Virus record (IMG/VR): IMGVR_UViG_3300035670_000014
Span: 32,001 to 96,000 of that record
Length of the DNA: 64,000 nucleotides
Source: a virus
Strand: one strand, 5' to 3'
The notes below the pieces were generated by a model, which saw nothing but the letters and a program-made list of their open reading frames with translations, had not been told where the DNA came from and did no database searches. The position numbers and the translations under genes are program-made. Below are positions 56,554 to 64,000 of this stretch, piece after piece (the stretch's first letter is position 1; the number at the start of each line of letters is the position of its first letter).

Positions 56554-58989
56554 CTAAAGGCCAAATAGATTTACATTAACAGGAATATTTTGTTCTGTAG
56601 AAATGGATATACTAATAGGAATAGAGGTATCTTCTACTTCCGGGGTGTTTCTAAAATTGGAAGTTATAAAGAAGTCTGTATAAGAATAAAGGCTCGGAGT
56701 CTTTGAAGGATTCAAGTAAATAGAATTAGCATCAAGACTTACAAAATCCATAGTATTAATAATAGAATTCTTATCTAGAACTGGAGGTGAAGTTTCCGGG
56801 ACCTTTACATATTCTTGATAATAAGATTCTAGTAAATAAGCTTCTGAAATTGTAGAGATAAGTTCAAGAGCATCAAAGACATGCTGTACATCATCAATCA
56901 AATCTCTCTGTATGATGACGCCCTTCTGAGCTTCGATAAGTAAATTAACTAGTCTAACTATTTTTGGAAATGTTTGATTATCTGGTTCTAGTAAGTCAGA
57001 GGCTTCTTGAATAGATGGCAAACTCAAGAGATAGTTAGAAAGAATTGCATACAGAGGAAAAGTCTTTGAAATGAAATGACCACTCTTAACATAGGTATCA
57101 AGAGTATAGTTGTAATTTGAATGAGCATTAAATTGATGATAGCTATAATCAACAGAGTAAGAACTCTGACGAATACCACCTTCGTAACCTATCAGTGACT
57201 GATTTGTCATAGCAAAAGCGTCTACAAGTAGTTTGATCTCACTGACAATGTTAAGAGCTTTAGTTAGCTTAAAAAGCATATTTACTTGGCTGGCAGATAA
57301 GAATACAAGGCTACTCTTAAACACTATTACTTCTGTAATACCAGCAGAGACAGGCAAAGTAAACCTGTCAATACAATTATTCATCTTAAGGCCATTACTG
57401 GTAGCAGATGAATGATTGTATGTATCATTGACAGTTAACTTTGTAGAAGGAATTGCACTGTCATTAGAGACAACCAGGAATACTGAGCTATTGTTATTTA
57501 GCCAATTAAGAGGAGCAGAAGGTGCATCACTAATAAGCTTAGTCAAGCCGTTATTAGCCTTAGGAATAAAGAATGGACTAAAATCTTGAATAGTGATTGT
57601 GTCATCGTAATAATTAAAGCACATAGCAGTGCATAGATTAAAAATGTTTCTAAAGAAAGAGTCAACTGTAGAGTTAATCTCTATAGAATATTGATTATTA
57701 ATTTTGCTTGAGAGCCTTTCACTAAAAATAGCTTGAGGATTCAAATTATAAAGCCTAGAAGATATCTTATGCCTTGTCAGGGCATAGTGGGGATCAGTAA
57801 AAGCACAGCTGAGTATAGGAGATTTCTTCTTGTAAACAATAGACTTGTGATAGTCATTTGTTTCTTGAAAGCCAAATACATAAGTATCTCTGCAGGATCT
57901 CTTAAAACTCTGAGTGTAATCACTGGAAGGGGGATTATAAAGAGTGGAATCAATAAAGCAAAAGGGTGAATTATTCAAGCTATTGTAAATAGGATTCATT
58001 ATCCTATTAATGCATGCTATGAAATCTTCATAGTTAGAGTTATCAACATCACACTGCAAGTGACAGTCAACGTATGAAGATATCTCGAACTCAGAATGGA
58101 AACAAAAGAAAGGAGATAGTCCTTGTGCTCCAAAGGTATCCTTAACTTTTGTATTCATGTATTCCAGTGCTGTAATGAAAGCCTTAATTCTCATGTAGGG
58201 TGAGTCTTCAGGCATACACTGAGCATGCTTAATGTATGAAATTATATTCAAATAGAAGAAAAGAATAGTAAAATCTTTCAGCGCAATAGAAACTTCGTTA
58301 TGATTGTCGAATGATAAGTTACCGAAAGTAGTACAGATTGATTCAAAGTTGCAAGCATACAAGAACCAATTCTGCTGCGCATGAAGAAAAGACGACATGA
58401 TAGACTTGTAAGTAAACTTCTGCTTGGGGTCGCCAGTTTCCAGTGGAAGTTTAAACTGGGACCAGCAATCACCATAAGTGATAAGCTGAAAAGTCAAACA
58501 AAAGAAAAGAATATTCTTAAATATAAAAGGGTTTATCTTTTCAATAGAATAATTTTGACTTGAAGTTATAAAGTTCAGAAAGTCAATTGTAAATTCATTT
58601 GACAATATCTCTCGAAGATAGACAGCACTATCAGTATACATAAGCTCAGCAATCATTGGATGGGGAACATCCTGCAATGATTGAAAGTCTTTAAATATGG
58701 TTTTACTTCCAGTGCGTGGGTGCTGAGTCAGTATCGTTATGATCAAAGCCTTTGAGGCTTTAGAATACTTAAGCCAGGAGTCATAGTCATTAACGAACTT
58801 ACTTGCAAAGACCTCGTCGTCATCTAAATTAGAAATATTTAGATTATGCTTAAGTGCAAACTTAAACCTGAGATCAGGATTGCAAATCATCTTCATGAAA
58901 GATTGAGGCGTGATCTTGCTCAGGGTATCTGGTAATTCTACTAACCCATTTTTAATTTTGACCTTAAAGTCTGCTCTTAGATTTACCAT
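56554..58989 (-). CDS. Large orphan protein (811 aa)
   Basis: Long ORF; no motif recognised. Confidence 0.7.
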   Translation of the reverse strand: MVNLRADFKVKIKNGLVELPDTLSKITPQSFMKMICNPDLRFKFALKHNLNISNLDDDEVFASKFVNDYDSWLKYSKASKALIITILTQHPRTGSKTIFKDFQSLQDVPHPMIAELMYTDSAVYLREILSNEFTIDFLNFITSSQNYSIEKINPFIFKNILFFCLTFQLITYGDCWSQFKLPLETGDPKQKFTYKSIMSSFLHAQQNWFLYACNFESICTTFGNLSFDNHNEVSIALKDFTILFFYLNIISYIKHAQCMPEDSPYMRIKAFITALEYMNTKVKDTFGAQGLSPFFCFHSEFEISSYVDCHLQCDVDNSNYEDFIACINRIMNPIYNSLNNSPFCFIDSTLYNPPSSDYTQSFKRSCRDTYVFGFQETNDYHKSIVYKKKSPILSCAFTDPHYALTRHKISSRLYNLNPQAIFSERLSSKINNQYSIEINSTVDSFFRNIFNLCTAMCFNYYDDTITIQDFSPFFIPKANNGLTKLISDAPSAPLNWLNNNSSVFLVVSNDSAIPSTKLTVNDTYNHSSATSNGLKMNNCIDRFTLPVSAGITEVIVFKSSLVFLSASQVNMLFKLTKALNIVSEIKLLVDAFAMTNQSLIGYEGGIRQSSYSVDYSYHQFNAHSNYNYTLDTYVKSGHFISKTFPLYAILSNYLLSLPSIQEASDLLEPDNQTFPKIVRLVNLLIEAQKGVIIQRDLIDDVQHVFDALELISTISEAYLLESYYQEYVKVPETSPPVLDKNSIINTMDFVSLDANSIYLNPSKTPSLYSYTDFFITSNFRNTPEVEDTSIPISISISTEQNIPVNVNLFGL

Positions 58990-59011
58990 TTGATCTCTAG
59001 TTTATAGTTTA

Positions 59012-60661
59012 TTAATTAAACAAATCCATAATTAGATGTATAGATTCTTGATTGCTAGAATCTTTAAGCAAATAATAGAAGTACGTCAGTAGACTTACTT
59101 CTGTAGATTCACTATGATTGAATGCATAGTCAACAATAGCATGTAGCTTAGAGTCAAAGTAATCAAGGTTAGGATTAAGATTACTTTCATTGCCGCTAGC
59201 CATGGTATCTTTTATATTCAAAGCATGAGAATAGAAAGAAGAAAGGACACTAAGGCTAAAAGAACGCACAAAGTAGTTCTTTATAGTAGGGTTTTCTTCT
59301 GTTGAAGTGAATGTTGAAATTGGGTTGTAAGAGTTGGTAGCGTTAGCCTTGTAGGGACTTTCTTTGAAGAAAGTATAAGGACTAAAAGGCAAGGCTCTAA
59401 CTGCCTTCTTTCCAAGAAAGTAAACAGCATAGTTGTAAGATGGATCAATAAGATAATTCTTATTCAAGAATAAAGACTCTAGATTATTTGCTGGCTCTTT
59501 ATAGAGATTAAGACTCTTAGCTTTATCTATGATAGAGCTTGAAAAATCACCAAAGGATTTACTCAAGTTAAGATTTGAAAAGTGAATATTATTTGAATGC
59601 TTACTACAAATAGATTTAGTTCCGGTATTGAAGTTCATAAAGAAGTCAATATTGGAACCAAAGAAGTTAAGACTAAAAGGCTTAGAGTGAACATTAGAAG
59701 CATTAGTAATAGGGCTAAATGTAATAGGACTAACTTTAGTAGAAGCCTCTACATCATTAGCAAGCTCAAACGAGAATAAAGAATTAATACTGGATGTTAC
59801 ACATTGAGCCATAGACTCACAAGCAGAGTCCTCATCCAAAGATGAAAACATACTATTCTTGGAGAGGCGCCTAAAGTACTCAGGAATTGAATAAGGAATC
59901 ATAAAAGGACTTGAAGTTGCAAAGACAAAGTCCTGAACGAATCCTTCTTCAAGAAGAAGAGACTGGTAATGTTCCTGGTATGGAACTTGAGAAAGAGAGC
60001 AGTATATTTTGTAGTTTGTATTTTTCAGTGTAAAAGATTCCGAAGACACACTTGCAATAAAACTACCGTCCTTAAAATCAGAAGGCTGCTTGCCATAGTA
60101 GTCAAATACATTTGGGTACTTACAGCTTACAAGCTCAAAGTTATCAACATCAGAAGTAAAGTTAAGAGTGAATGTTCCATTCTTAACAGCATTACTAATG
60201 GACTTACATACAGACTTAAACTTAGTTACAGTAGGAGAGCTCTTGTAGAGCTCAACAATGAAGTAAGCAACACTCATAGAGTAGAGGTCGATAAAAGAAA
60301 TATCTAGGTATATGTCTTCTTCGCCATTGTGAACAAATGCATCTGTATCAGTAGATGCATCATACAAGTGCTTAAGGAAGTCCCCGTAGAATATACCAGT
60401 AGAACTATACTTCTTAAAGACAGGAATGCCCAGGATGTTTTCCTTAATAGGAATATTTAGAATAAGGGCTTCACTTAGAACAGATTCCGATAAAGCAGAA
60501 CCATAACTATTTATATTAGACAAGAATACATTAAGCTTATCAGGATTAAAGTTTATAGATAAGCCAATGCTATTTTGATAAATGAATAAAGATTGTAGAT
60601 TAATGGCATCAAAAACGTTAAAAAACTCATCAGTAAATAGAGTTCTCTTTTTTCTTGTCAT
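59012..60661 (-). CDS. Large orphan protein (549 aa)
   Basis: Long ORF, ATGA-coupled; no motif recognised. Confidence 0.7.
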   Translation of the reverse strand: MTRKKRTLFTDEFFNVFDAINLQSLFIYQNSIGLSINFNPDKLNVFLSNINSYGSALSESVLSEALILNIPIKENILGIPVFKKYSSTGIFYGDFLKHLYDASTDTDAFVHNGEEDIYLDISFIDLYSMSVAYFIVELYKSSPTVTKFKSVCKSISNAVKNGTFTLNFTSDVDNFELVSCKYPNVFDYYGKQPSDFKDGSFIASVSSESFTLKNTNYKIYCSLSQVPYQEHYQSLLLEEGFVQDFVFATSSPFMIPYSIPEYFRRLSKNSMFSSLDEDSACESMAQCVTSSINSLFSFELANDVEASTKVSPITFSPITNASNVHSKPFSLNFFGSNIDFFMNFNTGTKSICSKHSNNIHFSNLNLSKSFGDFSSSIIDKAKSLNLYKEPANNLESLFLNKNYLIDPSYNYAVYFLGKKAVRALPFSPYTFFKESPYKANATNSYNPISTFTSTEENPTIKNYFVRSFSLSVLSSFYSHALNIKDTMASGNESNLNPNLDYFDSKLHAIVDYAFNHSESTEVSLLTYFYYLLKDSSNQESIHLIMDLFN

Positions 60662-60888
60662 TCAGGATGGTAGTTTAGTAGGTCTTTGATAGCTACAAGA
60701 ACATAGTTAGGAATCATACTAGCCCTAACTGTGGCCATAGTATAGGCTTGCTTAAGTACCTGATTAGACATGTGAGTACCTTTAAGCAAGTGATCAGTTA
60801 AATGGTTCTCTCCGAAGTGAATCATAATAGCAACTTCGTATATCTTTTTCTTGCGATCGTAATCTTCATCAAATTTAAATATAGTCAT
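60658..60888 (-). CDS. Hypothetical protein
   Basis: ATGA-coupled on both sides. Confidence 0.6.
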   Translation of the reverse strand: MTIFKFDEDYDRKKKIYEVAIMIHFGENHLTDHLLKGTHMSNQVLKQAYTMATVRASMIPNYVLVAIKDLLNYHPE

Positions 60889-61472
60889 ATAAGTATGTTC
60901 TGGATTTTAGACCGCTGATATCCAGACATAGGTATCATGGTCGAGTCAGCATGTATAGTAAAGCTATGCTTATCTGAAGCATTGCATTCTATTACTATTG
61001 TGTAGTGCTGGCCAGAATTTACTCTCTTGTAGTACTGGCTTACATTTACTTTGAAATCACCAACATCAACAACAGAGTCATCAAAGTAATCACTTGACAT
61101 GCCATCTGGTATTTGAGTTGGATTCAAGTCGAAAGCAAGATGCATTAGATTAATAAACTCATCAGCTTCAACGAGAGGCTTGTAGACCTCAGGTAACTCA
61201 AAAGTTTCAATTGAAGTAGTCAAGCTTTGAAGTAACTCATCTGAAATATTAAACTCACAAGTATCGTCTGGTTTAACAGATTCATTTATGTAAAGTGGCT
61301 CTACAGACAGAGTGTGAGTAAAGATCTCCTTATCGTTGTAAGTATAAATTACAAAAGTATTAAACTTGTAAGGAAGATTGTAATCTGGAATCTCAGCAAT
61401 ATTACGACTGAGCCTCCTTCTGATCAGAAGAAACAGAAGTGCTGCTATAAGCAGGGCAAAGAGTGCTAGCAT
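60885..61472 (-). CDS. Hypothetical membrane-anchored protein
   Basis: SD GAGGA; N-terminal TM followed by RRR. Confidence 0.65.
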   Translation of the reverse strand: MLALFALLIAALLFLLIRRRLSRNIAEIPDYNLPYKFNTFVIYTYNDKEIFTHTLSVEPLYINESVKPDDTCEFNISDELLQSLTTSIETFELPEVYKPLVEADEFINLMHLAFDLNPTQIPDGMSSDYFDDSVVDVGDFKVNVSQYYKRVNSGQHYTIVIECNASDKHSFTIHADSTMIPMSGYQRSKIQNILI

Positions 61473-63210
61473 TTTCCTCTAGTAGCTTAATAATAGAAGC
61501 TTGAATTTTGTATCCACGAATAGCATTGAATGTATCAACTGCAGTCATTTGTGGATTGTGAAAATAAATAATAAACTTGGGAGTAAATGAAAACTTTTCC
61601 AGGCAGGAAAACGGAGAAATAGATACAGAGTAATCATCTGGATTTGTAAACTTGTAAAACAAGTCAACTTCTCCGGTTATCAACCTGGTAAATAGTTCAA
61701 GATTAATCTCCAGATTATGGAATATATGATAGTTTACATAAGAGTAAACTTTCTTGGAAATCTTTTGAAACAGATTATAGTAAAGAGAGTTGGGACTATT
61801 GAAGAAAAGTTTCCTTGCTTCAATAATCTTATTACCAAGTTGCTTAAGGCAAGCCCTTAGGTAGTGCAGCTGAGATGCAGTAAAGGGAACCTCATTAAGA
61901 TAAGCTCCAATGTAAGAGTCAACCTTTGCATCAATCTTACTGACGGTAGTAGAATCACAAGACTTAACAAGATTAATCAAGTATGATTCATATGCGTGAT
62001 CGTAAAAATCCTGACTCCTTAGCTTCAAGAACTTATAGGAGTTAAAGTTTTCATCCTCATAGGGATACTCAGAACTAGAAACTATCTCTCCAATAAGAGT
62101 ATCTTTGACCTTAGTAGGAACACACATAGAAATAATACTAAGAGGAACCTTTACACGTCCTCTCTTAGAGGGAAAATTGGCCATTGTATGCTTTGCTTTG
62201 ACCCAGTCCTCAGCTATCCTAGGGTCTTTAGTATAGCCCACTAGAGTGCCATCTGAAGTGCTTAGAGCCCATCTGGTAACGAGCCTTAAATCATCAGCAA
62301 GATTATAAAAGTATTCCTGAGTAGTCTCTGGTAAATGACTTACAAAGGTTTCAATTGAAGAAACAGTAAGCGGAACCTGGTTCTCAACAAACACAGAGAA
62401 AATACTTTTATTACCCTTAAGGATTTGAAGCTTAGCTATATCAATGTAGCTTTCGAGCCTGAGTTGATTCTCAATAGAATCCTTACTGGACATAAGAAGA
62501 TTGTAAAGTCCAGTAGACTCTTGAACTATATTGAATATTTCCTGGTACTTGGACTCAAGCTGAATAAAGTTTTCAGTGATCCAGGCTGGACTAAACTGAG
62601 GAGGATCAAGTGAGGGAACAGATCCAACTTCAATCTCTTGATTGTAGATGACACCAAATGATTCAAGGACCTCAAGGAAGTCCTGATGCCTTTGATTGTT
62701 TCTGCTTGTATAGAGCCCAGTACTGTTAAGAAGAATTGTATGACTAGGTATGGTAGAACCACACTCTCCTGATACCAAAGTACCATGCTTAAGTTGATGA
62801 GCAAAGTACTTTCTATTGTCAGTATTCTGTAATGTGATTCTTTTCTCGGGGAGAAATTCTCTTTCCGCTTGAATGAAAGAAGGAAACTCTGTGTAATTTA
62901 TATCGTAAGTTAAAGTGGACTCATGAATAACATCAGTATTTTCAATTTCTTGTTCAAGCTCTTCAAGTGTTTTCATCTGCTTTTTTGTTAGAGATTTTTT
63001 CTTTAATGATTGAATCCAATTCTTCACAAGTAAATCATCTTGCAAGTCTTGAGAATTAAGAGTGAGCTGGTTTGATAAATAACAATAACCATTGTTAATT
63101 AGATCAAGTGCCATCTCCCAATCTGAATTACAAAAAAGTGACTGATCAAAGTAAAGAGTAAAATCTTCATCCAACCAGTCACTTGTGGTAATCTTTGTTT
63201 TTAACTTCAT
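61402..63210 (-). CDS. Large orphan protein (602 aa)
   Basis: SD AGGGGG; no motif recognised. Confidence 0.7.
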   Translation of the reverse strand: MKLKTKITTSDWLDEDFTLYFDQSLFCNSDWEMALDLINNGYCYLSNQLTLNSQDLQDDLLVKNWIQSLKKKSLTKKQMKTLEELEQEIENTDVIHESTLTYDINYTEFPSFIQAEREFLPEKRITLQNTDNRKYFAHQLKHGTLVSGECGSTIPSHTILLNSTGLYTSRNNQRHQDFLEVLESFGVIYNQEIEVGSVPSLDPPQFSPAWITENFIQLESKYQEIFNIVQESTGLYNLLMSSKDSIENQLRLESYIDIAKLQILKGNKSIFSVFVENQVPLTVSSIETFVSHLPETTQEYFYNLADDLRLVTRWALSTSDGTLVGYTKDPRIAEDWVKAKHTMANFPSKRGRVKVPLSIISMCVPTKVKDTLIGEIVSSSEYPYEDENFNSYKFLKLRSQDFYDHAYESYLINLVKSCDSTTVSKIDAKVDSYIGAYLNEVPFTASQLHYLRACLKQLGNKIIEARKLFFNSPNSLYYNLFQKISKKVYSYVNYHIFHNLEINLELFTRLITGEVDLFYKFTNPDDYSVSISPFSCLEKFSFTPKFIIYFHNPQMTAVDTFNAIRGYKIQASIIKLLEENASTLCPAYSSTSVSSDQKEAQS

Positions 63211-63230
63211 GAGTTCCCCCTGAAAAGATA

Positions 63231-63254
63231 CAAAGGAAACAACCTGAAAGGTTG
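63231..63254 (-). terminator. Possible weak terminator
   Basis: CAACCT-TTC-AGGTTG followed by TTTCCTTT, just after the 63261 stop. Confidence 0.45.
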
Positions 63255-63260
63255 GTAATT

Positions 63261-63962
63261 CTATAGGTTTTGCAAGTCAGAATAAACCGACTCAAACCAT
63301 TCTAGATCCAAATCTCTGAGGTACTTCTCATGGGCAGTAAGTAAGCTTAACATAACACTCTTATAAGTATTCAGGTTGCGATCAACAAGAAAACTATAAG
63401 TACGAGATAGAAGTATAAACTGAAAGCAGTCATTGCCTGCTTTCTTAGAGGCAAGAAAACGAAGTCCCTTTACCGTTTCGTTTATAAACTTGACTTCTGG
63501 CTCAGTAGGGATAAAATCCTTGCCCTTATATCTGTGAATGAAGGCATGAGCTCTATAACCCTTATTAAAAAAAAGAACCTTATTCAACAGTGAAGTTAAA
63601 TAAGGCTCTTTATCCGGGAAACCTGGAAGAGTAATCAGTACGCCGCTATCTTGCTTGCGGTTTTTCATAGATTCATCTTCTGAATTAACAGAGACAGGGA
63701 CTATACTTTCAATTGGTAATCCAGTATTGTCTTCCTGAGATGATTCCGTCTTCGCTATCTCGTCTAAAGTATTGACAGATAACTCCGATACATTCGTACT
63801 ATCTTGCTCGATGTACTCCTGGTTTCCAGAACTAGAGAGTATTAATTCTACTAGTTCTTTTTTGGTTTGACCTGCTGTTGTTGCAGTATCAAATCCAAAA
63901 CTCTCAGCTACATAAAGTAGCTGTTGTTTGTTCATTTTTCCAAGTTCAGAAGGTGTATGCAT
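63261..63962 (-). CDS. Protein with an N-terminal Rho-N/HeH-like nucleic-acid-binding motif
   Basis: EL.KM.K.QL..VA..FG......TKKELVELIL, then an acidic linker and a second domain. Confidence 0.6.
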   Translation of the reverse strand: MHTPSELGKMNKQQLLYVAESFGFDTATTAGQTKKELVELILSSSGNQEYIEQDSTNVSELSVNTLDEIAKTESSQEDNTGLPIESIVPVSVNSEDESMKNRKQDSGVLITLPGFPDKEPYLTSLLNKVLFFNKGYRAHAFIHRYKGKDFIPTEPEVKFINETVKGLRFLASKKAGNDCFQFILLSRTYSFLVDRNLNTYKSVMLSLLTAHEKYLRDLDLEWFESVYSDLQNL

Positions 63963-63991
63963 AGTTTAATAGGGGTTAAATGTACCTATTA

Positions 63992-63997
63992 ATTATA
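63992..63997 (-). promoter_or_regulatory. -10 element (TATAAT); the rest lies outside the window
   Basis: TATAAT 29 nt upstream of the 63962 start, the same distance as for nrdJ. Confidence 0.45.
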
Positions 63998-64000
63998 CTT

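Noticed and set aside
1872-62804. Short antisense or nested ORFs in the track (e.g. 1872..2120, 13119..13397, 31064..31330, 49326..49514, 59969..60307)
   Set aside because: They lie wholly within well-supported genes and have no SD or motifs; treated as shadow ORFs.
1-64000. Alternative genetic code
   Set aside because: Dense, coupled long ORFs end in TAA, TAG and TGA, and conserved proteins are intact under code 11.

Overview
The window is an internal fragment of a large, AT-rich dsDNA tailed phage genome (myovirus/jumbo-type gene content). It has two convergent arms. Positions 1-25.4 kb (+ strand) form one tightly coupled operon of large virion proteins (baseplate wedge-like, three paralogous coiled-coil/beta-sandwich proteins, a repeat-built fibre, a Gly-rich beta-helix protein), ending in a DUF6734-like transferase and a CHAP endolysin. 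Positions 25.3-64 kb (- strand) carry a holin-like operon and DNA metabolism genes: RusA, a Vsr/DUF559-like nuclease, dUTPase, a DnaG-DnaB fusion, sigma70, a Cas4-like nuclease, a metallophosphoesterase, DnaE split into two genes, PhoH, a MoxR/vWA-peptidase pair, RecA, a lytic transglycosylase, class II RNR, an adenine MTase, SpoVG, a Whirly-like protein and ThyX, plus large orphan ORFs. I saw no tRNA, rRNA, CRISPR array, integrase or transposase. The most notable observations are: (1) a phage protein matching the plant organellar Whirly ssDNA-binding domain along its whole length, close to a SpoVG with an SSB-type acidic tail; (2) an intein-free split DnaE whose C-terminal gene starts with a degenerate duplicate of the N-half's last helices, with an orphan ORF coupled between the halves; (3) a TM/coiled-coil/beta-strand protein that could be an unusual one-component spanin; (4) an RpoD-like sigma with a degenerate region 4, together with extended -10 promoters. 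All family calls come from motif recognition by eye, not from database searches.
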